Below, piece after piece: positions 25,640-38,751 of a stretch of DNA of 64,000 bases. This DNA is from Eledone cirrhosa (lineage: Eukaryota). Position 1 is the stretch's first letter. Each line of letters opens with the position of its first letter. The notes beneath the pieces were generated by a model that ran no database searches, was not told the DNA's origin, and was given only the letters and a program-made list of their open reading frames with translations. Both the position numbers and the translations under genes were made by a program. Location of the stretch: the NCBI GenBank assembly GCA_964016885.1, contig OZ024742.1:177816001-177880000 (forward strand), in the 5' to 3' direction.

Positions 25640-28600
25640 CTATAGTCTGATGTAGAGTGAAGGCCCATTCACACGGGCCATTCTCGCCACTTTCACCCAC
25701 CTTTCATAGAAACGGCTGGGGTGCAGCACCTCTCTCTCCATCCTGATCCTTCTTCCGAAATGATATCGGAAGAAACGGACCAGTTGTTGGCCAGAGAGAA
25801 AGGTGTCTGACCTCAGTCCTTTCAGACGCGTCCACCATACAACCTCTTTCGCCATGGCTATTACGCACAGAAACACCGCCTCTCCTTCGTTTTTGAAGAG
25901 GGGAGGCGGCTTGATCGTTACAATAGACTCGGTGGTCAACCGGATCGGTCCCACCCTTGACAGCAGTTGTTCGACATAGCCCCACAGATCGGCAATGCCG
26001 GAGCAGTGTACCAATGCGTGTGCAACGGTTTCCTCGTCGCACACGCATCTGGGACAGATCTTTTTCGATGGGTCCCTACCCGGGTGCCCGTGTCTGTAGA
26101 GCCTTTCTCGAACGGGCAGAGCCCTTCTGTAGCATTGCCAGGCCAGGGACCTCTGAAAGTTATCCTTGGGTCCCGGGTTGAATGTCCTACCGAACAGGTT
26201 GGCCAGTTCGTCTTCCTCCATGCCTAGGGCTTCTCCGAGGGCGTCGTCGCACCTGCTAACCACCATCCCTCTATAGAATGACGAGGTGAATTCTCCACTG
26301 ACAGCCGGGTCCGCCTGCCAGAGAGCCGTGAGCGCCTGGGCACACTTTTCTCGGTCTTTGCTTGACCCAGCATTGCAGCTCGGTGAGTGAGACGAGTCTG
26401 GGAAAGGCTCGCCTCACAAACGGGGCCCACACCGGTTGACCGGAGAGGAATACCTGAAGGTGCCGTAGCCTTAATGCGTGTTTACGTATCATTAGCCACG
26501 GCATCCCCAGCCCTCCTTTCGAAGGGTGTTGACAGCAGATGGATCTCCTCACCATAGGAGCCCGCTTCTTCCAAAGGAATTGGAAGAGTGCGCGCTCCAT
26601 TTTGGCGAGCGTTTCCCTTGGGCAAGGCACAACGGTCAGGCGGTAGTAGATGACGGACGCTATATAAGTGTTCGCCACCTCCGCCCGACCTTTCAGGGAC
26701 AGTTTGCACTCGGCCCACTTCTGGGTCAGTGCAAACGCCCTGTTCGTCACCTCACCCCAGTTCTTCTCTACCTGGAGGTCTGGTCCAAACCAGACCCCGA
26801 GCAACTTCACCGGGCCCTCCGTCCAGCGCCCGACGACGCCATCGGAGGGCATCGATCTGCCCCTCCACGTGCCGAGTTGCAGACCGATCGACTTGTCCCG
26901 GTTCAGCTTAGCCCCGGTTCAGCTTACCTTTCGTACTCCTCCAGTAAGGTGCCGATCGCCCCGATTTCCGAGGCCGTCGATACCATTACTGTTACGTCAT
27001 CGGCGTAGGCTGACACCGCTTTCCGCAATCCCGGTTCCAACGGGATGCCCTGCAACAACTCCAACTTCCGTAGCAGTGGCTCTAGAGTCATTACATACAG
27101 AAGGGAGGAGAGAGAGCACCCCTGTCGGATGGACCGCGCGATTTCGAATGGCTCCGAGAGGTAGCCGTTCACCTTAACCCTAGAGCAGATGTGGCTGCTG
27201 TGCATGGCATTGATCCAGCCCCTGAAAACGGGTCCGAAGCCTGCCGCCGCTAGCACCGCATCCAGGTAACCATGGTCGACCCTATCGAATGCCTTAGATT
27301 GATCCAATTTGATCAGGGCCTCACCAAAGCCGGGTTCGTTCCCAACCCTCTCTATGATGTATCGCATGAGGTGGAGGTTATCGTGGATGGACCTGGACGG
27401 GATAGCACATGTCTGCGCATCTCCCACCAGGTTGCCCACGACAAGCGCCATCCTCTTTGCTAGCACCTTGGCCAAAATCTGTAACTCTGTATTTAGCAGA
27501 GTTATGGGCCTGAAATTATTTATATCGTCCCCCTTGTTCTCGTCCTTCCTCACTAGCGTGACTACGCCCTTGGTCACAGAACAGGGAATTCTCCCGTTCT
27601 GTTGCCAGTTGCAGTAGACGGCCTCGAGGAGATCGGGGAACAAGTCCGGCATAGCTAGATATAGTTCGTATGGAAGACCATCGAGACCCGGGGATTTGCG
27701 TATGCCGCATTGGCTCAGCACGTCCTCTATCTCAGCGGCTGAAATCGGCTCCTCGCAGGACTTGGCCTCCCTGTCCGAGAGACGCGGCAGGCCGTCGAGG
27801 TATGGACCGAAGTCCACGTCCCCAACCGGCCCCCCGCCCCTTCCGAACAATCCGGCAAAGTGCTTTTGAAAAGCCTCGCACATCTGCTTAGGTTCAAGGA
27901 TCACCCGGCCATCCTGGTCTCGCAAAGACCGGATAGTGGATCTGCTCCCTCTTTTGGCTTCTGTCACGCGGGCCCAGCTAACAGCTTTGGTCCCCTCGTT
28001 TCCCAGAGCACGTATTTTGCTTCGGACGATGCAGCCTTCGTGTTTCGCGTCGAAGAACTGGCCCGGGGCCGTTCTCGACGCTAGCACTCTGGCCACGTCG
28101 CCGCTTCTAATTGCCTCTTCTACACTATCTACCAACTCCCTTTCCTTCCTATTTCTATTGGAGGCTAACTCCTTACTAAATTCTATAGAGACTACTCTAA
28201 TCTCTCTTTTGAGAGATCCCCACCACCTGCTGTTGACGATGGCGCCCATCAGCCGCTCCTTAACTAAAGTGCTAATCCGGTCCCTGTAAGCCTTACTTGC
28301 CGGTAAGGACAAGTTGAGCTTCCAGTAACCGGGTCCCTGTCTATGAGTTCTGTCAAGGTTGATCATGCAGGTCACTAACTTGTGGTCTGAATAGCCAACC
28401 ATGCGCATTTTTGGACAACTTAAAAAGTCCTTATCCTTAATTCTAACTAAGAACCTATCTAGGTACGACCTAGATGATCCGCTACGATTTGCCCAAGTCC
28501 AGATTGGCGCAGTCGGAAAATCTAGTCGATATCTATCGGCCACGTCAAATCGACCGATTAACCCTTTGAGGCTATTACACCCCTCTCTATCGGGACAGGC

Positions 28601-29062
28601 CCCTACATAGTCCCAGCGTGCATCTAGGATACCATTCCTTTCCCCCACTAATAGCAAGGAGCGGGACGTCCCTAGAAAAGTCTCCAGACGATGGAAGAAG
28701 TCCGGCCGCATTGACCCGAAAGGGCCGTAGGCGGCTACCAACCTAAACGCTCCGCCTTTACCACTGCCAAGGTCCAGAACCACTAGTCGACCCTCCGGGT
28801 CCAAATGTACCATCTGTGTTGCGAGACCCAGATGTTTTTGCAGCAGAACGACAACTCCACCCCCACCTCCGGGCTGACAGAGAGATGCGTGCATCTCAAA
28901 GTCATCAAAGGTGGGGGCCAGCTGTCGCACGTTGCTGATCCGGGCCTCGCAAATAACCATCACATCTATACGTTGTGACCTGAGGTCATTTAGAAGCATT
29001 GCTTGCTTCCAAGTTGAGCCCAGGCCACGCGCATTTAAACAGCCTACTCTTAGCATAGCCAT
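25640..29062 (-). pseudogene. Tx1 ORF2 (AP endonuclease, RT, C-terminal Cys domain) with two frameshifts
   Basis: CLNARG, SYLDRF, SDH, GYWKLN, KSPGLDGLP, FRPITLLN, DQSKAFDRVDH, RQGC, AYADD, CPRC..ETVAHALVHC. A ~16-bp tandem duplication at ~26897-26927 breaks the frame. First ATG is at 29062. Confidence 0.92.
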
Positions 29063-29127
29063 GTTGGTGGTGAAGAGAAAAGGCACTTACCTCTCTGCGT
29101 CCCGGGTATCGGGCTGCACAATTTCTA

Positions 29128-30874
29128 TTAGGGTGGGGGATGGGTTGTTGGGTGGGTGGTGGTTTGTGGAAGTGTAGGGGCATCAGTGTGTTGTGTGGTT
29201 GGGGAGCTTGGAGTTGTGTGGGTGTTTTGGGAGGGGGTGGGGTAGTTTTTTAGGAGGACGCGGTTAATGGGCCCGACGCAGGGGGGACCCACGTCCTCTT
29301 TAAAATTGTTTTTTTAAGTTTTATAGGTGTCCTGTGGGGCCTTAATCATTTTGAGGTGGGGGAAATCCCCTGCCTGGGTGAAGTTAGGCCCTTGTGTTTT
29401 TATTAGATTGTTGTTGTACACAATGTTTAACAGTTTTTTGTTTCTTGTGTTTATGTATGTGTATGCATGTTTTTGTTTTTGTGTGGTGTTTTTTGTTTGC
29501 TGTTGTTGTGAGCTCTTTTGTGTTGGTGTCAGTGTTATGTTTTGGGGAGGGGTTGTTTTCATTTGTGTGTTTGAGGTGTGTTTTTTTTTTTCTTTTGATT
29601 GTGTGGAAGTGCTCCTCCTCGTCTGACGACGAACTAGGGTCATCATCCGCGTTGGAGGGGAGGGGTATATCTTCCGGTTGTGTTTGCGGTGCGGGTGTTT
29701 TGGAAATTGTTTTTGTTTTTTGAGTGGAGGGGATGGGTTGGACATTGTTTTGTTTTGGTTTGAGCTGTGGTGGTTGTTTTTGTAGTGGTAGTTGTGGTGA
29801 TTGTGTTGGTTGTGCAGTTGTTGGTGGTGTAGGCAGGATTGGGGTTCTCTTATTAAGTTGGGGACAGACAGCCCTCAGGTGACCTCTGGTTCCGCAGAGG
29901 TAACACGAGAGCCGTCTACCCTCAACGGTAATGTTGATGAAGGTTAGATCATCCAGTATGACGCGTTCAGGGATCTGGGCGATCCTTTCGGGCCTCATTT
30001 GAACTACAAGTTCGAGGCTCGTTCCACTGAACGCGTCACCCGATGCCTTTCCCATGGACACCAGCATGTCATCCTCCAGGTCCAGGAAACCTGTCAAAAC
30101 CCACCATATGTCCATAATCGGCAGGATGGTGTGGATTTTTATTTTTTGTGTTCTTCTACCCATGTACGTAGGGTAGAAGGTGTATGCGGTGGATGTGATT
30201 GGTTTGATGGACAGTTTCACTGCTGTGTCCCTGTCCTTCATGAGAATGGATAGACTCCCGTAGAGTCTATCCTTCTGAATGAAGGTGATGTCCTTCATGA
30301 CGTCTTTTAAAACCAGCTCTTTCTCACTCTGTGATGGTTGAGCTGGTTTTTTACTTTTATTCGAGATTGTCCTAAACATGACCGTGTTTAGGAGTCTCTG
30401 GCTTTTTAGTTCCGGGGGGGGGGGGGGGATTGTGAATGTACCATTTTCCCCGTACACTATATATTTTTTCGCATCTGCCAGTAGCTCCTTCGCTTTGGTT
30501 ATTTCTACTGGCAGATAGTCGAGGGTTTTCCTTGTCGTCTCGGCGAAGGAGAAATTTTGTTTGTTTGTGTTGTTGTTGTCGTTGGTGGTGTTGTTGTTAT
30601 CATTGTTGTTGTTGTCACAGTTATTGGTCTTGTTGTTGTTGTTATTGTCATTGGTGTTGTTTTCGTCCGTCGCATTGTTGTTGTTGTTGCTGGTGCCGCT
30701 GGTTCTTTGGATTGTTGCCATAGCAACGTCAAGTTGTCGGTTAACAGGTGGAGAGAATTCTTCCTCTGGCTGACCTTTCTTCTTGACCTCTGCTACTGTG
30801 ACAGTGGCAGGGGGAAGCTGTAAGTTTATCTTCCCCTTTCCTCCTTCGAATTTTGGTGAAGAAGTTTCAGCCAT
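29128..30874 (-). pseudogene. Tx1 ORF1 (gag-like, CYLCGTRGHLRAVC knuckle, poly-Asn tract); C-terminus probably disrupted
   Basis: Open to 29384 as given. Shifting frame at the T-run near 29581 and reading through one TAA at 29314-29316 gives a more natural C-terminus (..YKT*KNNFKEDVGPPCVGPINRVLL..) ending at 29128. Confidence 0.75.
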
Positions 30875-31139
30875 TTAAAAAAAAAATATATTAACTTTTC
30901 AACAAGAAAAAACTTTTTTTTTGTTTAACTATTTCGCCTAAAGGCGTAGAATATTTTGAGAGACTGACCAGATCAAAGTTTGATCTGGCAGTCCCTCTAC
31001 AAAATGGTACAAACATTAAAGTTATCAGACAAGAATTTCTTTAGAAATTTAAACAGAACTTACTCAGCAAGTTATACGCGTGTGTCCATCCCAGAGAGGA
31101 TAGATAGATAGATAGATAGGTAGATAGATAGATATGTGA

Positions 31140-31276
31140 ATCCCACGTTCAATCGGGGATAACCTTAGTAAATGTAGTACTCAATACATTAGTAGAGTAT
31201 ATATAAAATTTAATATAGAAATGGCTTCTACAGGCCTAGAACTGTTTCATTCGTAAGAAATCATCAGGAAAGCTAT
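31140..31276 (-). ncRNA. pLTR-type remnant with a complete type I hammerhead (31221-31276); relatives at ~22550-22590, 44317-44440 and 46273-46370
   Basis: GCUUUC-CUGAUGA-UUUC-UUAC-GAAU-GAAA-CAG-UUCUAGGC-CUG-UA-GAAGC. Confidence 0.65.
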
Positions 31277-31289
31277 GAACGACCACTTC

Positions 31290-31793
31290 TTAGAAAACAA
31301 AACTGTGGCAAAAACGTGTTATTGATGAAACGTGTTATAACACACAGTATGCAGGTATGACTTCGCATGATTTTGTTTGATTGGCATGACATCCTTTGGT
31401 GTGCTTTGTTACCAAATGTAAAATCGAGTTGTAAAAGGTTATTTCCATGAATATGACGTCTGTTGTGGCTTAGTAGCCCAGCCTTTGACATGAAAATACG
31501 TCCGCATACTTCATAAGTATGACTCTATTTTGAAACCTGTTCTTGAGACGGATAAACATTAAACATATTCTTAGCTGTTCACTTCACTTCAGTATTGGCT
31601 ATCCACTTCTGTTCATATTCCTTAACACCGGTAGAAATCAAATTTCGTCAGTGGGCTCTGTCTATTGCAAGATTGTTTTCTATGATTCGGTACTATTGCT
31701 GAGCTTATTTAGAATATCATTCATGCAGTCTTTATAGCGCTTGCATCGCTTCTACCGCGGATGTTTGCCTCACAAGAGCTCTCCATAGAATGC

Positions 31794-31795
<2 letters not shown>
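31290..31795 (-). mobile_element. Decayed 3' end of an RTE-clade LINE
   Basis: Minus-strand remnants FYGELL.GKHPR..KRYKDC..DRAHWR-like and C2H2 finger CGRIFMSKAGLLSHNRRH. Confidence 0.7.
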
Positions 31796-31824
<29 letters not shown>

Positions 31825-31850
31825 CATACATACATACATACATACATACA

Positions 31851-31884
<34 letters not shown>

Positions 31885-31891
31885 CATACAT
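31796..31891. repeat. (TACA)n microsatellite
   Basis: Read directly from the sequence. Confidence 0.95.
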
Positions 31892-34800
31892 GGCGACCGT
31901 TGTGGTCAGTGTCCGATAATCGGACGTGTGTAATTACGGCTTACATGAAGGCAACATACCATATATTGGAAAAAGTTGAGCTGCATTATGCGGTAAGATT
32001 ACATACAATAATTCTACATAAGTGTTTGAACTGTAAGTGTGTTGTAAAACACCTATTTATATGAACGATACATACACTTATGATATATGAACGATACATA
32101 TACTTTAACATATAAATGCAACGTTGTTATATTACATTTATAAAGAAATATAAAAGTAACGTTTTCGATTCAGAAACAAAAATATAAGTGTTTGAACTGT
32201 GAATGTTGTGAATATGTTGTAGAACACCTATTTATATGAATGATACATAAACTTTAACATATAAATACAGCGTTGTTATATTATATTACATTCGTAAAGG
32301 AATATACTAAGTAACGGTTCTTTTTGTTCTCGATTCAAACGATTCAAGAACAACGTTTAAAACACAGTTGTAGAAATAAAAACTAACTGAAAAGAAATAT
32401 TACCCAAGCTGTGAATAACTTTAAATTTGATTCTGACAGAACTTTGTCGTAACTTTTAAAGAAGATCATCGACTATTTAAAAAAAAAATAAATACAAAAT
32501 ATTAGTGAATAGACGAACTCATCATGGCAAAAAGTACAAGTCTCCTTCGACCAAATCGCAATTACAACCGTTGTATACAGTGGAGCTACGAGCTTAACAA
32601 AGAATTATATGAAGCATACAAACAATCTGAACCCCAAAAGTTCGGTTTTATGCAAAGGCTAAAAACTTTATGGAACTCCAAACACCCAGAATTAGACTTT
32701 TCTCCAAAGCATCTAAATGAACAGGCAAAACGTATCATTAGATGTAAATTGATATATCTAACGGAATCGAGTGATAATACAAATACAGCCCTTGTAGACA
32801 ACCACCCCACCTCCACTGACAGACAAAGAGAATGGCCAGCTAAATCTAACAGTGAACAGCTCACCAACAATTTTGCTGAAATCCATCCCACTTCCACTGA
32901 AGAACAGCGAGAAAGGTCAGCTGACTCTAGTAGTAATTGTCACCACATCAACAACGAGGCTGCAATTCATGACTCTACTGAACAAACAGAGCACCAAAAA
33001 CTTGTGGGCACCCTACAAGTGATATGGAACGATATGTTTCAAGAGATACACAGCCTTAATGTGAGTGACAGACCATACAACACTAGAGTCAGTAATGAAC
33101 CCACTAAATTGGAATTGGAAGCGGTGAACGAAATAGCTGGCAATTATCTGAAGGCTATACGATCTAAAGGTGTAGAAACGACATTTGAAACGCTCAATGT
33201 TTTGTTATATGTTTCAGCTGTCACATTGCTATCATATAACACACATCTAAAACCACGCAATCAAGATACAAACAGAAAGCCTGAACCAGCGTGGATGCGA
33301 AATTTAAAAACCAAAATTTTGTCCCTGAGACGAAGTATCTCACACATCGCAGTCGTTATGAAATGCAACATAGAGAGAAACTTCACACGACACCAGGAAG
33401 ACCTAAAGAAAAAGTTAGAGAGACGATTTGGAGATACCAAATTTAAAACTTTGAACTCCAAATTACACCAGTTGAAACAACAACTCACAGCTACAACAGA
33501 AAGACTAAAATATAAGTCAACAGCCCATAAACGACAAGTGCTAAATAGATTGTTTGCCAGAGATCCTAAATCAGTTTATCGCAGCTTCGGTGGCAAAAGC
33601 TCAATCCCTGTAAACGACACCCCTTCAAAAGAACAGGTTGAGAACTACTGGAGATCTGTATGGGAAACGGATGACGGATTCAACAGACAAGCTAATTGGC
33701 TAAAACAACTGGAACAGGACTACTGCCAACATGTCCAGACAAAACAATATGACATAGATGGGTCAATACTGGAAACAGCTCTACAGAAAATGTCGAATAG
33801 GAAATCGCCAGGCCCAGACCTCATTACAGGATACTGGTTGAAGAATTTCACTTTCTATCGGCAAGATCTCATACGGCTGTTTACAGAAACCATTAAGGGC
33901 ACACAAGAACTGCCCAAATGGTTATCAACTGCCACTACTCTCCTCATTCCCCAAAATAGCCAAACCACCCTTGCTAAAAATTACCGCCCAATTGCCTGCC
34001 AAAACATCATGTATAAATTATATACTGGGTGCCTTAACCTGTTCTTACAGGATCACTGTGCTACCAACAACATCATAACACCTGAGCAAGCTGGTGGAAA
34101 GAGGAAGGTGTGGGGTTGCATAGATCACCTACTAACTAACAAAATGATTCAGGAAAAAACAACAAAGAATCGCAGAAACATGACTGTCGTGTGGCTGGAC
34201 TATCAAAAAGCATTTGATAGTGTACCTCATGGGTGGATTATTAAGGCTTTACAGTTAGCTAAAGTCCCACAACCATTAGTAGCTGCTGTTGAACGCCTGA
34301 CCAAGAACTGGTACACCAATTTGATCCTTAGAGGTGAGAAGGAGCAGGTTAAGACTGATAGGATACATTACCAGAAGGGCATCTTTCAGGGTGATAGCTT
34401 GTCAGTACTACTCTTCGTTCTCTCACTGAATCCACTATCTTACCTACTCAGGAAACAAGGTGGACAAAGAAGTGGGCCCAGAAGTATCTCCCATCTTTTC
34501 TTTGTTGATGACCTGAAGTTGTATGGGCCAAATATCAATGACATCAAGAAACAATTGGACCTCATTACACAATTTTCAACCGACATCAAAATGAAATTTG
34601 GTGAGTCCAAGTGTGCATATTTGGCAGTAAAACGTGGAAGAGCTGTGCCCTCCTCTAGAAATCTAGATATGAACGGCCTGACAATACAACCTCTGCAGTC
34701 AGGTGACAACTACAGATATCTTGGACAGGATGAGAATGTCAGATATGATGGACCCATAAATAAGGAGAGAACCAGAACTGAATACCTCAGAAGAGTAAAA

Positions 34801-36114
34801 AAAAATATGGTCATCAGAACTGTCAGCATACAACAAATACATTGCCCACAATACCTATGCTGTGCCAATTCTAACGCCAACATTTGGCCTACTGAACTGG
34901 TCATTGCAAGAACTAAGTGAGATGGATGTTAGAACTCGAAAACTTCTCAGTGTTACTGGGAACTTTAACATCAATGGTGATGTGGATAGGCTATACTTCT
35001 CACGCAAGGAAGGTGGCCGGGGTCTAAAATCAATATTAACAACATATGAGACCCGGATAGTAACACTGAAGCAACACCTTCAACAGAGGAAAAAGGTTGG
35101 CGACCATCTTGCTCAGGTTTATGAGCATGAAAAAAGAAATATCATTAGAATAGCGACTGATCTGGAGGAGAGATATGGAATAAAGCCTGATATAAATCTC
35201 TCACCCAGAGAAATCGGAAGATCCTATTCAATGTTCAAACAAGAAAAAAAAATTGACCAATTTACAGAGAAAATTGTGCATGGATACTTGAGGCGTAAAA
35301 CACAGACCATAGAGGGGATAAACCACTCAAAAAGCCTGGCATGGAGTTCCGACAAGTTTATGACATCACACCTTGAGGGATATCTCTATGCAATACAGGA
35401 ACAAGAACTCCCTACCAAATATCTGCTGCACAAAAGAGGAGGGCCAGCAGCTGACAATAAATGTAGGCTATGTAAAACAAAGATCGAGGATGTAAGCCAC
35501 ATTGTTGCCAGCTGCGAAAGAATGTCATCTCGCTACTACCTCCCCATGAGACACGATGGGATAGCTAGAACTATCTGGAACGCACTTCGGAAAACAAAAT
35601 TAACAACAAACGAGGAAGAATATATTGAGACAGATGGCACTAAGGAATACTGGTGGAACCTGAAAATAAAAACTGCCACCAAATTAAAGCACAACCGGCC
35701 TGATATTGTAGTTTGGGACCACACATTGAAAACGTGTTCTGTTGTGGAGATCAGCTGCCCACTTGATGTAAACGTTGTCAGAAAAATACAGGAGAAGGAG
35801 GACATCTACGGACCATTGATGAGGAGCTTACAAATCCAGTATCCAAGATACACCTTTAGCTTCATACCCATCATTATTGGTGCTACGGGTTATATACCAA
35901 CCCGCTTGGACCAAAGTATGACCGAACTTGGATTTGCGGACAAAAAGCGCAGCTCCCTAATTCATAGTCTACAAATGGCTGCGATAGCTGGCACCTTCAA
36001 AATATGCAAAACATTCTTGCGATTCAAGGGATGACAATTTCTTTTCTTTTACAACCTTGCCACCAGGAAGGTGGCCGGTCAAAAAAATATACTCGAAATT
36101 AAGAGAAAGAGAAA
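31892..36114 (+). mobile_element. Full-length R4-clade RLE non-LTR retrotransposon flanked on both sides by (TACA)n
   Basis: 630-bp 5' UTR containing a ~165-bp tandem repeat; single long ORF; 3' hairpin gccacc-aggaa-ggtggc; (TACA)n resumes at 36115. Confidence 0.92.
32524..36034 (+). CDS. R4-type RT-RLE polyprotein (~1169 aa if one extra A in the A9 run at 34797-34805 is removed)
   Basis: KSPGPD, NYRPIAC, DYQKAFDS, GIFQGDSLS, FFVDD, YRYLG, GGRGL, CRLC-x7-H-x4-C, RHD, NRPDIV..EISCP. Removing one A restores RVKKIWSSELSAYNK. Confidence 0.88.
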
Positions 36115-36309
36115 ATACATACATACATACATACATATAAATAATTTTATAAGAATGGTCGATGTGCATTTGATGAGAGTATGATAACGTGTTGTGCGAA
36201 AATGGTCGAACATGAATGCCTATCTATAGGAAAGTAGCAGCAAGGTTGTACTGACATAGATTACATAGTTCTACAGTTTTCCAGTGCTATAGCATATTAT
36301 TATAGACAG

Positions 36310-36351
<42 letters not shown>

Positions 36352-36582
36352 AGAAGAAGAAGATCCAATGATCCAATGATCCCATTAGGGGAGTCATTGA
36401 GTCACATTTATATATATAAATATATACATATATATATATGTGTGTATAAGAAGAAACAAGAAGAAACTAACAAAAACAACAACGACGACGAAGACGACGA
36501 TGACAGCAACAACAATGGGCAAACACACATACATAAATACATGCATGCATGCATGTATTTATGCATGTGTGGATGCATCCAT

Positions 36583-36675
<93 letters not shown>

Positions 36676-37077
36676 CATGAACACAAGGAATATATCAATC
36701 AATACGACCTAAAACCACAGTCCAACATTTCAGTCATTGATTTTACAGCTTTCAAATCAATACTGGGTGTGTTGTTCCTTAGAATAGATATCCCACAAAC
36801 GACTGGCAAATATTCAACATCAAAGGTACCCTGTTCATATTTTTAAAGATCTAGTTAACTGTAAAGTTCTCTCAATATCTTTCCAATGCTTAGTTTTCTA
36901 TAATGCGTATAATGCTTAGCCAAAGCAAAAGATATCAGCGGCTGTAAATCTAATATTCTTCTACCCTGCTTTTATCTCCTTAAACAGGATATGTTCATGG
37001 ACATAGCTTGTTTTATGGATTTTTCCAGTTCTCTCCTGAAATTGATTGCAATCTCCCCCCCCCCCTCTCTCTCTCTT

Positions 37078-37138
<61 letters not shown>

Positions 37139-37223
37139 TTCTGTCAATGTATATATATATAAGATATATGTGTGTGCGTCTGTGTGTGGAACGAGAGAGA
37201 GATGGTTGAGAATGAGACAGACC

Positions 37224-37265
<42 letters not shown>

Positions 37266-37428
37266 GGCTGTCTCATCCTCAACTACCTCTCTCTCTCTAT
37301 CTCTCTCTCTCTCTCTCTCTCACTCACGCTCTCTCTCACTCTCTCTCTCTCTCTCTCTTTCCTCACACATACACACACATATATATTATATATATATTAT
37401 GTGTGAGTATGTGTGTGCGTGTGTGCGT

Positions 37429-37518
<90 letters not shown>

Positions 37519-37827
37519 ATCATGATATTTCTTCGCCCGTGATTCAGTGTTTCGTTGAAGAACACCAGAAATCCAGGAAGTTGTTGATGGGTAGATGATA
37601 TATACTTGTTGCATGGATGCATGATTATTCTCACTTCTAACTTGGATATTACCTAACAGAACTACAGATGATCGACAGATTAATTTACATGTTGGTTTGA
37701 TTACATTCATTTACCATATAGTTTCAAATAGTCGCGAGGGTGGCTGTGTGGTTGAGGAATACGCTTTTCAACCATTTAGTTTGGTTATGATTCACTGATG
37801 TAGAAGTCATTTATATATTATATATAT

Positions 37828-38432
37828 ATCACTGATGAGGGACTAATTTTATAATATGTAATCCATGTGCAACCATGCAGTATTCTCCTCCCCATATTTT
37901 TCATATATTTACCTAAACTGCGATTTTCTGTTTCTCTCTTTCTCTCTTACTGCTCCCTCGTTCTCTCTGTTTCTCTTACCTTCTTTCGTCCCCTCTGTCA
38001 GTTAACACTTTCTCTCGACTGACCTCTTCCTCGCACTTCCACTCACTCACTCTCTGTTTCTCCCCTTCTCACTTCCTCCCGTTCGCTAGGCATCGAATCT
38101 TTCTTTCTTACATCCGATTCACAGCGAAAGGTCTGTTTGCTACACGCTCATGAATTCCCCCAGTTTATGCTGATCGAATAACCATGTTGCTTGTTTTCTT
38201 CCCTTCTTCGGTTAGCCTTTCTTCGATGTTGTTTACTTGTCTCACTCGCTTTACGCGTTTCACTTGTCCCAATAACTTATTTTAGTTATTGCTCGCACCA
38301 ACATGAGGTATATGATTTTTAATGCGATGAAATACCAATGATCGTTGGCAAATCACTGATGAGGGACTAATTTCATAATATGTAATCCATGTGCAGCCAT
38401 GCAGTATTCTTCTCCCCATATTTTTCATATAT
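37828..38432 (+). mobile_element. Non-coding ~525-bp unit bounded by ~78-bp direct repeats that begin with CTGATGAG, in (TA)n; probable non-autonomous PLE derivative
   Basis: tcactgatgagggactaattt.ataatatgtaatccatgtgca.ccatgcagtattct.ctccccatatttttcatata at 37829 and 38353; pyrimidine-rich interior. Confidence 0.7.
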
Positions 38433-38561
38433 ATATATATATATATATTTGCCGAGAATAAATAAGTGACATAGCCACTACTTTAAAACTCATAGCGAAT
38501 GGTCTTCAAAATGTTTTAAATTAAACACACAGTATATTGCCAAATATACTATACATACATT

Positions 38562-38594
<33 letters not shown>

Positions 38595-38687
38595 CTGTGT
38601 GTGTGTGTGTGTACATATAATTGACTTCTACAGTACCAGGACTGATAGTGGTCAGGTTTTGTATTTATATATTTCTTTGGTGTTGAA

Positions 38688-38751
38688 AGAAGAAGAAGAA
38701 GAAGAAGAAGAAGAAGAAGAAGAAGAAGAAGAAGAAGAAGAAGAAGAAGAA
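38688..38751. repeat. (GAA)n microsatellite
   Basis: Read directly from the sequence. Confidence 0.95.

Larger units (their letters stand above)
25375..31099 (-). mobile_element. Full-length Tx1/L1-clade LINE flanked on both sides by (GATA)n
   Basis: ORF1 with CCHC knuckle; ORF2 APE-RT-zinc domain; (GATA)n at 25345-25374 and 31099-31134. Confidence 0.92.

Noticed and set aside
29250-29316. A_AAA_AAC / U_UUA_AAG followed by a strong hairpin (GAGGACG..CGUCCUC) in Tx1, as a possible frameshift signal
   Set aside because: It lies just after a stop codon, in what reads as the disrupted ORF1 C-terminus, and no continuous frame was found linking it to ORF2.
25704-30823. Overlapping and antisense ORFs within the Tx1 element (and likewise in the R4 and PLE bodies)
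   Set aside because: These are shadow frames of GC-rich or strand-biased coding sequence with no motifs.
36720-37720. Faint RLE-like (36720-36960) and mariner DDE-like (37530-37720) peptide traces
   Set aside because: Too degraded to call without a profile search.
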